The translations under genes and the position numbers were made by a program. Of a DNA stretch of 64,000 nt, positions 1-9,045 are shown piece after piece (the first letter of the stretch is position 1; every line of letters starts with the position of its first letter). The notes below the pieces were generated by a model. That model did not search any database. It was not told the origin of the DNA and saw only the letters and a list, made by a program, of their open reading frames with translations. This DNA is from Candidatus Poseidoniales archaeon (GTDB lineage Archaea; Thermoplasmatota; Poseidoniia; Poseidoniales; Poseidoniaceae). The stretch lies in the NCBI GenBank assembly GCA_003602415.1, contig QQSK01000012.1, positions 9,841 through 73,840 on the forward strand, in the 5' to 3' direction.

Positions 1-411
1 TTATGGTGGATGCAAACTGAACAAAACATGAACGATGCAACATTTGCATTCATGCTTGGGATCTCAGTATTTGCCCTATGGCATTACTTGGATGATGCCT
101 GGTTAGCAATACTGCCAGCTCTATTCATGGCATATGGAGATGGTGTGACTGGAATTATTCGCAACAAGTTGTTTGCAAAACGTACCAAGAGTGCATGGGG
201 AAATCTTGGAATGGCTATTCTTTGTATTCCGCTTGGCTATCTAATCGGTAAGAATGCTGACCCTTCAATTCCCATTTGGGGAGTAATTTCTGGCGCTATT
301 GCTTCATTTGTTGAACGCTATGAGTTCGGTCCGATTGACGACAATGTACTGATTGTAATCGCTTCTAGCATTGTTATTGCTGCGGGCGTTCACTTTGGCC
401 CAATAATGTGA
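1..411 (+). CDS. Polyprenol/dolichol kinase-like integral membrane protein (CTP-dependent cytidylyltransferase family), C-terminal part; truncated by the window edge
   Basis: The frame is open from nt 1. The protein is multi-TM. YGDGVTGIIRNKLFAKRTKSAWGNLGM resembles the GD..A...G....KS.EGS signature of dolichol/phytol kinases, and there is a DDN near the C-terminus. Confidence 0.45.
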   Translation, partial: LWWMQTEQNMNDATFAFMLGISVFALWHYLDDAWLAILPALFMAYGDGVTGIIRNKLFAKRTKSAWGNLGMAILCIPLGYLIGKNADPSIPIWGVISGAIASFVERYEFGPIDDNVLIVIASSIVIAAGVHFGPIM

Positions 412-771
412 TTAAGACATTATTTCGTCTTGCTCAGCATCTTCGACAAGTATGAACTCATATTCTCCAGTTTTGCTATCATAATCGATGCATGAGAAAA
501 CGGCTTTCATTTGTCTGTCTTCAAATGGATCGTGGAAGTATGGTTGGTCTGTTCTGAAGACTGCCAAAATTTGTTTGTACTTCTCCATGTCCATCTTACC
601 TGTGATGGTGTAAACCGCTGATTCAGCACCCTCATCCAGAAGGTCATCGCCTTCATTTCCACGAATTACAGTACGTTGTAATCTTCTCTTAACATTCATG
701 TGAACATTACAATCTTCGATTTTTATCCAATCTTCGCCTGCAGTAGTGATGAAACACTCGTTAATCTCCAT
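412..771 (-). CDS. Hypothetical acidic cytosolic protein (119 aa)
   Basis: Clean ORF filling the gap between flanking genes. No motif recognised. Confidence 0.45.
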   Translation of the reverse strand: MEINECFITTAGEDWIKIEDCNVHMNVKRRLQRTVIRGNEGDDLLDEGAESAVYTITGKMDMEKYKQILAVFRTDQPYFHDPFEDRQMKAVFSCIDYDSKTGEYEFILVEDAEQDEIMS

Positions 772-813
772 GAACCGACCTAAGGGCTCAACATATTAGT
801 GGTTGTCCCCGCT

Positions 814-1311
814 TCAGTTAGCAAGTTGGTTCAGCATATCCTCAATAGTCTCAGGATTTGCTTCCTTGTTTTTGTTTGAAACACAATTTCTTCCTAGAAC
901 AATGCATCCAAGGAATGCAAACATATGGCGCATTGCCATGATTACATGTTCGCCTCCGCCACCACTGTGAGTTGCTAGACCAACCTTACGGCGATTGAAA
1001 AGTGCACGGAAATCTTGCCATTCTGTGCTCAGCCATGCTACAGCATTGTTGAGAGTAGGAGGCATGGAACCATTGTATTCAGGAGCTACAATCATCCAAG
1101 AATCTGCAGAAGACATCGCTTCTTTCAGTTCAGCCATTCCAGGAACGACATCTAATTCCTTTGAGCGAGCAACAGTGAACATTGGCATATCTAAACTTAC
1201 GAGGTCAATAATGTCAGCATCGTGTCCCATTTCTCTAGCCTTATCGGCAAATTTCTCTGCAAGAGCGAGGTTATTATCCGAGGTTGCAGTAACCATCAGT
1301 ATCTTGGCCAT
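814..1311 (-). CDS. NAD(P)H-dependent FMN reductase / flavodoxin-like fold oxidoreductase
   Basis: N-terminal KILMVTATS beta-strand followed by the APEYNGSMP motif typical of the FMN_red family. 165 aa. Confidence 0.7.
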   Translation of the reverse strand: MAKILMVTATSDNNLALAEKFADKAREMGHDADIIDLVSLDMPMFTVARSKELDVVPGMAELKEAMSSADSWMIVAPEYNGSMPPTLNNAVAWLSTEWQDFRALFNRRKVGLATHSGGGGEHVIMAMRHMFAFLGCIVLGRNCVSNKNKEANPETIEDMLNQLAN

Positions 1312-1375
1312 GACAAGGCCAAGGGGTTTAGGTTCTCAAAGGTGCGCATACACAATCTAGGTCAAAAGGGATTAG

Positions 1376-4300
1376 TTACTCAACATTTCTGGGCCTCAAA
1401 ATGAACAACAACATTAGTAGCATTAGTATTAGCAAGATAATCCAGAAATTATTCGAATCCTCTTCCTTAGTTACCTCTGATTTTGAATCAGAATCTTTGA
1501 TTTCTGGAGGGCAAGAACAATCTGATGGATCTCGAGATGAGCCATCCCAACATAGGTCTTCAGTACATGGCATGTCTGTTGAATATTCACAGCCACCATC
1601 ATCATCTGTTGCATTGATATTGTAATTGCTTGCGGTTGAATTGGTGCAACCTGATACCTCATCAGTATCTAGAACTCCATCGTCGTCTAAGTCGTAATCA
1701 CAACTTCCATCTTCATCGGTTGCCAGTGGGTCGAAATTGTTGGCAATGGAATCGGTACATCCTTGGATTTCGTTTACATCTAATACGCCATCATCATCTA
1801 AATCGAAATCGCAACTCCCATCTTCATCGGTTGCCAATGGGTCGAAATTGTTTGAAGTGGAATTGGTACATCCCAACACTTCGTCAGCATCTAGAACACC
1901 GTCATCATCTAGATCAAAGTCACAACTACCGTCGTCATCTGTTGCGTTTGAATTGAAATTATTAGCCGTTGAATTAGTGCAACCTGCCATCTCATCGACA
2001 TCGAGGACTCCGTCGTCATCTAAATCGTAGTCACAACTACCATCTTCATCTGTTGCATTAGGATTGAAATTGTTTGCAATCGAATCAGTACAACCCAACA
2101 CTTCATCTACATCAAGAACTCCATCGTCATCTAAATCGTAGTCGCAACTTCCATCCTCATCTGTTGCATTAGGATTGAAATTGTTGGCTGCTGAATCGGT
2201 ACAGCCTGCTACCTCATCAATGTCTAGTACTCCATCATCATCTAAATCGTAGTCACAACTTCCATCATCATCAGTTGCTGATGCATCGAAATTGTTTGCA
2301 ACTGAGTCTGTGCATCCTTCAACCTCATCAATGTCTAAAACACCGTCATCGTCCAAATCAAAATCACAACTGTGATTTTCAATATTTGCATTCATATCGA
2401 AATTGTTAGCAGTTTGATTTGTGCAACCGAATATTGGGAAGTCGATAGGTTGCCATACTCTATCAGCACCAGCAGTCCAAGGGCTTGGGTCTGCTGCATC
2501 ATAGGCTCCTGCGCTCAAATTATCCAATGCAGAATTTACAATTGGTCTGAAATCGAAGTTACGAGGATCTACTAGCATCGACTCAACTGTACCATCAGTT
2601 TCCTCATATCCGTTGTAATTACTGTAATATGTCCCTGGGACTGGATTTGAAGAATAGGAATTTGAGCGGTGGGCAGCAATAGTATCTGCAGCGTTATTGG
2701 ATGTTGCCGAATTTTCGTTACCTGCACCGTTTTCATACAGCACAATAATTTGATTCTTGGTTAGTCCACTATCATTTCCAAAAACAGTATTGTTGTGTGC
2801 ATGGTGATAATTTCCTTTGACCATTATTCCCGTCTTAATATCCCACAATACATTGTGATGAACCGTTGCATTATTCCCAGTATTAGTTCCACCTGCAGGA
2901 CCATCCATCCTTATTCCATATTTTCCGGTATTATAGATCCAATTGTATGCGACCTCTGCTCCAAATTGCTCGGCCATCATCATCTGCATTACAGCACCAT
3001 CACTTTGAACAAAACCAGTCTGTGAAATCTTGTTGTAGAAAAATTGCGGTGCATCTCCGATGCTTACAGTCGCTGAAGCTCCAGTCCTGTGTATTGTATT
3101 ATTGGAAAATGTATTGTCCTTACCACCATCGAAAACTGTAACCATCAATCCCGGTAAATCAGAAGCGGACCAATCAATAAATTCGAAAATTGTGTTGTTA
3201 ATTGTATTGTTGTGTGATTGTAATGCTGCACCGTGGAATTCAATCGCAGAACCATCGGTGTGAGCAAAAGAAGAATTGTCAATCAGGCAATTGGAGCATC
3301 TGTCCATCCTTGTAACCCATCTATCATCAACGTCTTCTCCTGCAATACCAAGTCCTCTCTTAGATGTACTTGGATACATCAAATCTGAATCTAGAACCGA
3401 GCAACCATCACACTGGTAAGTGCGGAATGTTGTGGCGAAAAACTCCAAACCCTGTAAAGAAATATTGTCGCTGTTAGTTATATTGAATGCATATGATTGA
3501 GTCTTTACTCGAATATCAAGGTTGTTTGGATTAGTTCCATTTGAAAACAACATATGTAACCTATCATTGGACGAATTAATCCACCATTCACCTTCGACAT
3601 CTATCAAATCTCTTTTCCCTTCTAGGAAATAATGATGATGCTTGTTTTTCCAGGAAGGAACTGAGTCATAGAAAAATGTGGAATTATTGGAATCAAAATC
3701 AGTAACAGTCCGGCTATATGTTCTGAAAGAACCCACATTCAAAATGGCTATTGCGCCAACTGGATCAATACCGCTGGAAGTCAAATTGTTACTCGCTCCA
3801 GTTGTTCCTCCTGCATCTTCCAGTTCGCCGTTGGAGTATGAGCCACCATTACCAATAGTTCCATGAGCCCAATTATTGGTTTGGTTCATTACAGAATAAT
3901 CGCTGAAATTTGCATTCGGCCACCGAGCAGGAACTTGTTCCTCATAGTTCATGAAAACCTGCCATGCATCAATTTCTAAGTCTACATAATGAATGCCATC
4001 ACCGGAAGAAGACCAAGTTCCGTCCAAATCATTGATTATACTCTGTGTACCATCAAATAATACTTTTTCACCAATAGCCGAACTGATGGTTAAGTTTTGG
4101 AATCCAGAAATGCTTACAACTTCATGATATACACCTTCATGAATGATTATTTCATCGCCATCAGAAGACAAAATTAGTGCTTGAGAAACCGATTCCAAAG
4201 GACAATCAATTGTTCCTGGATTTGAATCATTGCCAATTTGGTTGTCTACATGGTACGGGGTCCCAGTAGAGTGATTTTGATTGGAACAATCAGATTGAGA

Positions 4301-4414
4301 AGAACTCTGAAATGATTCGATATCAGTCAATTCAAATTGGTAATCAGAAACGGAATAAGATGCTATAGAAATACAAAGAATCGCTACTATTGATAGTGCT
4401 GATTTTCTGCCCAT
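1376..4414 (-). CDS. Secreted right-handed beta-helix (PbH1/pectate-lyase-fold-like) surface protein with C-terminal Cys/Asp-rich Ca-binding-type repeats and a C-terminal TM anchor
   Basis: Has a signal peptide (MGRKSALSIVAILCISIASYS) and N/G/T-rich beta-helix-like repeats (NNTI.., HNN..). Carries 7.6 copies of a 37-aa repeat, GCT[DN]S.ANNF....ATD[DE]DGSCD[YF]DLDDDGVLD.DEV. The C-terminus is FWIILLILMLLMLLFILRPRNVE. Confidence 0.8.
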   Translation of the reverse strand: MGRKSALSIVAILCISIASYSVSDYQFELTDIESFQSSSQSDCSNQNHSTGTPYHVDNQIGNDSNPGTIDCPLESVSQALILSSDGDEIIIHEGVYHEVVSISGFQNLTISSAIGEKVLFDGTQSIINDLDGTWSSSGDGIHYVDLEIDAWQVFMNYEEQVPARWPNANFSDYSVMNQTNNWAHGTIGNGGSYSNGELEDAGGTTGASNNLTSSGIDPVGAIAILNVGSFRTYSRTVTDFDSNNSTFFYDSVPSWKNKHHHYFLEGKRDLIDVEGEWWINSSNDRLHMLFSNGTNPNNLDIRVKTQSYAFNITNSDNISLQGLEFFATTFRTYQCDGCSVLDSDLMYPSTSKRGLGIAGEDVDDRWVTRMDRCSNCLIDNSSFAHTDGSAIEFHGAALQSHNNTINNTIFEFIDWSASDLPGLMVTVFDGGKDNTFSNNTIHRTGASATVSIGDAPQFFYNKISQTGFVQSDGAVMQMMMAEQFGAEVAYNWIYNTGKYGIRMDGPAGGTNTGNNATVHHNVLWDIKTGIMVKGNYHHAHNNTVFGNDSGLTKNQIIVLYENGAGNENSATSNNAADTIAAHRSNSYSSNPVPGTYYSNYNGYEETDGTVESMLVDPRNFDFRPIVNSALDNLSAGAYDAADPSPWTAGADRVWQPIDFPIFGCTNQTANNFDMNANIENHSCDFDLDDDGVLDIDEVEGCTDSVANNFDASATDDDGSCDYDLDDDGVLDIDEVAGCTDSAANNFNPNATDEDGSCDYDLDDDGVLDVDEVLGCTDSIANNFNPNATDEDGSCDYDLDDDGVLDVDEMAGCTNSTANNFNSNATDDDGSCDFDLDDDGVLDADEVLGCTNSTSNNFDPLATDEDGSCDFDLDDDGVLDVNEIQGCTDSIANNFDPLATDEDGSCDYDLDDDGVLDTDEVSGCTNSTASNYNINATDDDGGCEYSTDMPCTEDLCWDGSSRDPSDCSCPPEIKDSDSKSEVTKEEDSNNFWIILLILMLLMLLFILRPRNVE
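1540..2428 (-). repeat. In-frame 111-bp tandem repeat (7 full copies plus 1 partial) encoding the 37-aa two-Cys DxDxDG module
   Basis: The GGTTGCAC. repeat starts at 2428 and 1651 are 777 nt apart, exactly 7 x 111. The copies are visibly near-identical at protein level. Confidence 0.9.
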
Positions 4415-4463
4415 GTCTATCGATATACACCAAGCAAATAGTATTACGACCTTTCATTAATGG

Positions 4464-5057
4464 CTATATTCGCTTGAAAATAGTTGAGATATATGGTCGC
4501 TCGCCACCGAATGGATTGATGTGAGTATGTCTAATTGAATCTATTAGAATCCAATTCTCCCCCAATAAATCGATGAGCATATTTTCATCATAAGTTTGTA
4601 AATCTAGCCCGCAACACACCTTTGCTCCATCATTCGAAAATGTCTCAATTACTGCATAACCACCACTGGATATGCAAGATTCAAGATTTACAACATAAGC
4701 CTCTTTTTCGCTCTCTTTCAACAAGAAATGCAATACTGCTCTGTCATGCCATATGTCAAAATCTCCTAAATCCAGAGAGTTTGATAAATCTCCATGAATG
4801 TATTTCAAATTGTGTCCATGTCGTTTTGAAAGAACACGTAAAGCCTCAGATGAAATGTCGAGAACTGTAACTTCGTATTCATTTGCAATTAGTGAATCTA
4901 CCAAGGTCGTAGTACCTGCTCCAACGTCAATTATCCGTTTGCCATCGCATGATGAAATTAGATCCATGGATACTGAGTGTTCCTTTTGGTACCAACCTAA
5001 TTTGGTTGTATCAGCATCGGTATAAGCCGAGTCCCAATGATGAGCATCGCTTGGAAT
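4464..5057 (-). CDS. Class I SAM-dependent methyltransferase; the start is probably upstream of the first ATG at 4967
   Basis: SAM loop IIDVGAGTTTLVDSL followed by VTVLDIS. The conserved HWDSAY...LGWYQ N-terminal segment lies in frame upstream of the ATG at 4967. There is no canonical start codon there, and ATT at 5055-5057 is the only candidate. Confidence 0.6.
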   Translation of the reverse strand: MPSDAHHWDSAYTDADTTKLGWYQKEHSVSMDLISSCDGKRIIDVGAGTTTLVDSLIANEYEVTVLDISSEALRVLSKRHGHNLKYIHGDLSNSLDLGDFDIWHDRAVLHFLLKESEKEAYVVNLESCISSGGYAVIETFSNDGAKVCCGLDLQTYDENMLIDLLGENWILIDSIRHTHINPFGGERPYISTIFKRI

Positions 5058-5066
5058 AAAATCACC

Positions 5067-5465
5067 TCATTGGAATGTGATATCTACTTCCATAGATTCA
5101 CTAACTGAAACACACACTGGGCAGTTACATCCCTCTGTAATTAGCCAAGCACGTTCAACTATTTCCAAATCGCTTGGTAGATTTATCACAACTTCGAGCT
5201 TTGCGATACGACGTGGATTAGCAGCCATTGATTTCTCAACGCTCCCAGTCATTCCTTCAACACTGATGTTTTTCGAATCTGCACGGATCGCAACAATTGT
5301 CATAATGCATGTTAACATTGAGGTGGCAAGTAAATCGGTAGGAGAGAACGATTCCCCTTTGCCTTTGTTGTCTAATGGAGCATCAGTAATCAGTTGATTA
5401 CCAGATGGAGCATGAGTTGCTGTACAACGCAAATTGCCATCATAAGATGCTTCGATTCGGACCAT
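5067..5465 (-). CDS. OsmC/Ohr-family peroxiredoxin-like protein
   Basis: FSPTDLLATSMLTCIMT and CPV motifs. 132 aa, the typical OsmC size. Confidence 0.75.
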   Translation of the reverse strand: MVRIEASYDGNLRCTATHAPSGNQLITDAPLDNKGKGESFSPTDLLATSMLTCIMTIVAIRADSKNISVEGMTGSVEKSMAANPRRIAKLEVVINLPSDLEIVERAWLITEGCNCPVCVSVSESMEVDITFQ

Positions 5466-6068
5466 TCAATCACCACTGAAATCTATGTCGTGACCCATTC
5501 GGTCAACCTTAGTTTGAAGATAGTCTCTATTGCCACTTGCCACACCAACAACCAATGGCATTCTTTCAACCACATTTATTCCATATTTTTCAAGTTGTTT
5601 TGCTTTATCTGGATTGTTTGAAAGTAGACATACATCCTTTACTCCAAGTGCGTCAAGCATAGTACTCGCAATTCTATAATTACGCGCATCAGCAGGCAAT
5701 CCAAGCATCAAATTTGCATCTAGAGTATCAGCACCTTGGTCTTGTAAATGATAAGCTTGAATCTTGGCATGAAGACCAATTCCTCTTCCCTCTTGACGAA
5801 GATATAGGACTACGCCCCAGCCCTTCTGGGAAATAGCCTTGAGTGCTGCATCTAATTGAGGGCCACAATCACATCTTAGAGAGCCAAAAGCATCTCCAGT
5901 TAGACATTCGGAGTGGACCCGCATCAAAACAGGGTCGGGCCCTGTCATGTCTCCCAAGGATAAAGCGACATGATCGAAACCAGTTTCAGACTCATGAAAA
6001 ACTCTGATGTTGAATTCACCATGCATAGTGGGAAGGCGTGCTTCACTGGGAACTTCATCAATACTCAT
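5466..6068 (-). CDS. ribA: GTP cyclohydrolase II
   Basis: [21 protein letters not shown] followed by [12 protein letters not shown], the canonical RibA motifs. Confidence 0.9.
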   Translation of the reverse strand: MSIDEVPSEARLPTMHGEFNIRVFHESETGFDHVALSLGDMTGPDPVLMRVHSECLTGDAFGSLRCDCGPQLDAALKAISQKGWGVVLYLRQEGRGIGLHAKIQAYHLQDQGADTLDANLMLGLPADARNYRIASTMLDALGVKDVCLLSNNPDKAKQLEKYGINVVERMPLVVGVASGNRDYLQTKVDRMGHDIDFSGD

Positions 6069-6295
6069 TCACACACCTCGATAATGTAATGGAACTCACC
6101 AGATGGTTTCAGAACATCGATTAGACGATGCCCTAAGCGATCTATCAGAATTGGCATATCGTGCATTGTTTCTGGGTCATCTGCGACTACCATCAAGACG
6201 TCTCCTTTGTTCAAATCGATGAGCGCCTTTCTTGCCTGACTAACTGGAACTGGGCAATAATGACCCAGCACATCCAATTTGTGAGTTGGCTCCAC
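6065..6295 (-). CDS. TusA/SirA-like sulfurtransferase
   Basis: 76 aa with [12 protein letters not shown] (the CPxP active-site motif). Overlaps ribA by 4 nt. Confidence 0.75.
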   Translation of the reverse strand: MEPTHKLDVLGHYCPVPVSQARKALIDLNKGDVLMVVADDPETMHDMPILIDRLGHRLIDVLKPSGEFHYIIEVCE

Positions 6296-6371
6296 AATTA
6301 TCCCGAAGGGATAGCCATCTTCAATGCTCGTACAAGTGAGGATTCATGAATGAAGTGAGTTACTCACGCAC

Positions 6372-7319
6372 ATGGCCGAGAACCCCAAGCCGCTTATCGA
6401 GGAGGTCGAAGACCTATCTTGGGGAGAGTTTGGAAAGTTAGCACATGGCTATCTTAGAATTCCAGTGGCTTTGTTAATCGTAGAACTATTCTACTGGTTT
6501 ATCACTCAACCCACTAACACATTAGGCCTTATTCAAGAATCGGAAGCATGGATTTGGTACCAGTTAACTGAATTGATTTATGGCCCAGGTTCTGCAACAC
6601 TATCAGAATACAATGGTTGGACTACATTAGTAACCCTTCGTCATGAAGATTTTTGGGCAGACCAAATTAGATTATATGTTTCAGATGAATGTGCAGGAGT
6701 ACATGAAATGCTATTCATCACTGTATTGATTATGATGACATCTGGAGTGCCTCAGCGCCTGAGAATCAAAAGTGCATTAGTGGCATGCGGGATTGTATAC
6801 GTACTGAACATTATTCGATTGGTAATGCTATATCCACTGGCACTTTCGGGTTGTGCTGAAAATCCAAATCTTTTGGGATGTGAACAACCAATGCATGATT
6901 TCCACGCATTTGTTTACCAATGGGGTTTCTTGATAGTTCTAGTATTGATGTGGTTGGTTTGGTTCAAATGGGTAAATGCTGGAGATTTGATTCGTAAAGA
7001 ACAAGCTGCAAGTAAAGGAAAGTGGAAATTCATCTATCGCAAAAATTGGACTAACATCTACAAAGTCGGTCTTGCAGTTTCAATACTTCTTGTCCTTGGA
7101 GCCTTTGCCAATGTTTGGCTCGACGATGAAGCCATGGAAGCAAAGGAAACTGTAGACATGTGTGAGTTCTATTCCAGTGTAACTGGAGATTGTGGAGATG
7201 CTAGAGATGCGTGGACACAAGAAATTCAATCCTCATGGTCTTTAGCAACCTTAGGGATGTTAGGATTTGCTACGACAATTATCGAAATTGAAAAGCCAAA
7301 AAAGGACGAAGAAGAATAA
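6372..7319 (+). CDS. Exosortase/archaeosortase-family transpeptidase-like membrane protein
   Basis: About 6 TM segments. The family triad is in the right order and context: Cys in SDECAGVHEMLF, Arg in VLNIIRLVM and His in HDFHAFVYQWG. Confidence 0.6.
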   Translation: MAENPKPLIEEVEDLSWGEFGKLAHGYLRIPVALLIVELFYWFITQPTNTLGLIQESEAWIWYQLTELIYGPGSATLSEYNGWTTLVTLRHEDFWADQIRLYVSDECAGVHEMLFITVLIMMTSGVPQRLRIKSALVACGIVYVLNIIRLVMLYPLALSGCAENPNLLGCEQPMHDFHAFVYQWGFLIVLVLMWLVWFKWVNAGDLIRKEQAASKGKWKFIYRKNWTNIYKVGLAVSILLVLGAFANVWLDDEAMEAKETVDMCEFYSSVTGDCGDARDAWTQEIQSSWSLATLGMLGFATTIIEIEKPKKDEEE

Positions 7320-8720
7320 TCAAATCTCGATGATTGATGCTGGTAGTTCCTTTGCATTGAACGATCTAACTGCTAGTGAAGCATGCTTGTTGTGAACTTC
7401 CACAACTGTGTGGTCATCATTGATCACGATATCACCAACCGCTAATTCAGAGCAGTTTAGGGATGAAGTGATTTGATTAACGATTGCATATTTTGACATA
7501 GAGGTGGTTTCCAACTTGATTGGAACCATACCAAATACATCCGCTGCTTCTGCATTGTCCTCTTGCTTTTTGACAGGGTCTCTAGTCATTCCATCTGGAA
7601 GATTAGGAGCATCTGTCGCTTCGATTTCAAGGGAGTGGGTGGCAATAATCTTGTTGAGTTGAGGAATATCATCTCTACCAACTAATACCCAAGCCTCTCC
7701 TTTACGACCAATTCTACCTGTTCTACCAATTCTGTGAACATAATTGTCGACATCATCGGGAACATCATAATTGATTACCAGAGTAATTCCATCAACATCG
7801 ATACCTCTTGCTGCAACATCTGTAGCGATTACTACGCTAGAGTTACCTTCTTTGAAGTTTGAAATGATTTTCTCTCTCTGATTTTGTGACATGTCTCCAT
7901 GAATTCCTTCAACATCAAATCGGTGTTTTTTCAACCTTTGAACTAGTAAATCGACCATTCTTTTGGTATTGGTGAAAATGATTGTTTGATCTTCTTCACT
8001 CATCCTTGCTAATAATCGACCCACGACCCACAATTTGTTTGCTCGACCTATTCTTACGCTGAATTGGTCAATTGGGGGAATATCCAATTTTTCAGTATTG
8101 GTCAAAACGAAATCTGGCTCGTTCATGAATTCATTTGCTGCATCGATTATTTCCTGAGGGAAAGTTGCAGAGAACAGTAGAGTTTGTTCCCTGCCGGTCA
8201 TTCTTTCAACGACCCACATGATATCGGGGAAGAATCCCATGTCGAGCATACGGTCTGCTTCATCTAAAACAAAGAAACCTGGTTTGGCTAAATCGATATG
8301 ACCTCTTTCCGTCATATCCATTACACGCCCAGGTGTTCCAACGATTATATCGACACCTGATTGTAAATTTCTTGCTTGCTTCTCAAGGTCTGTTCCACCA
8401 TATACAGTCATAATTTCTAGACCTGCATCGCCTTGAATATTGTTCAATTCTTCAGCGACTTGATTCGCAAGTTCTCGTGTTGGAGTAAGAATCAATGCTT
8501 GTAATTCACCTGTAGCTTGGCAAGCGTTCATTGTAGGAAGACCGAATGCAGCCGTTTTTCCAGAACCTGTTCTGGCTTGGCCAATTACATCTTTACCAGC
8601 TAATGCTAATGGTATTGTGTCTTTTTGAACTTGAGTTGAAAATTCCCATCCTATGGATTTCAATCCATTTTGCAAATCATCATTCAAGTCCCATACAGAA
8701 AATGGTGTGGTTGTGAACAT
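7320..8720 (-). CDS. DEAD-box ATP-dependent RNA helicase with a C-terminal RNA-binding extension
   Basis: Motifs ARTGSGKTAAF, PTRELA, TPGR, DEAD, SAT, ARGID and HRIGRTGR. Confidence 0.9.
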   Translation of the reverse strand: MFTTTPFSVWDLNDDLQNGLKSIGWEFSTQVQKDTIPLALAGKDVIGQARTGSGKTAAFGLPTMNACQATGELQALILTPTRELANQVAEELNNIQGDAGLEIMTVYGGTDLEKQARNLQSGVDIIVGTPGRVMDMTERGHIDLAKPGFFVLDEADRMLDMGFFPDIMWVVERMTGREQTLLFSATFPQEIIDAANEFMNEPDFVLTNTEKLDIPPIDQFSVRIGRANKLWVVGRLLARMSEEDQTIIFTNTKRMVDLLVQRLKKHRFDVEGIHGDMSQNQREKIISNFKEGNSSVVIATDVAARGIDVDGITLVINYDVPDDVDNYVHRIGRTGRIGRKGEAWVLVGRDDIPQLNKIIATHSLEIEATDAPNLPDGMTRDPVKKQEDNAEAADVFGMVPIKLETTSMSKYAIVNQITSSLNCSELAVGDIVINDDHTVVEVHNKHASLAVRSFNAKELPASIIEI

Positions 8721-8787
8721 TCTGTCACCTCATTTCGTCCCTTCCCAATATGGGCCACCGGGACGAGGAGTGACCCTCGTGTCACGA

Positions 8788-9003
8788 TCAGAAGTTTTCG
8801 CTATCCTTAGCCTCAGCCTTTAGAACACCCATCCAATACTTGAATGCGTTCTCTCGGTTGAGTGGCTTCTTCATCTGGCGAACATGCTCTAGAATGTACT
8901 GGCGGAACTTTAGAGACTTGTTACGGTTTACACCATTTGGTGTGTTCCCGTCCCATAGGTCATTGAACTGCTTCTCCTTATCGTTGAATGATTCCTCAGA
9001 CAT
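8788..9003 (-). CDS. Hypothetical small protein (71 aa)
   Basis: ORF sits in the gap between the helicase and HEAT genes on the same strand. No motif recognised. Confidence 0.4.
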   Translation of the reverse strand: MSEESFNDKEKQFNDLWDGNTPNGVNRNKSLKFRQYILEHVRQMKKPLNRENAFKYWMGVLKAEAKDSENF

Positions 9004-9045
9004 GAGTAGTACTCCTTGAGCGATTCGCCGACCAGCACTCCCCTA

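Noticed and set aside
1401-2030. Plus-strand ORFs (74, 108 and 97 aa) with repetitive Ser/Pro/His-rich translations.
   Set aside because: They are antisense frames of the 111-bp tandem repeat inside the 1012-aa gene. Their periodicity mirrors the repeat, and they have no independent signals.
1540-2428. Regular 111-bp periodicity that could suggest a CRISPR-like array.
   Set aside because: The units are contiguous with no unique spacers. They are in frame within a long ORF and encode a coherent 37-aa protein module.
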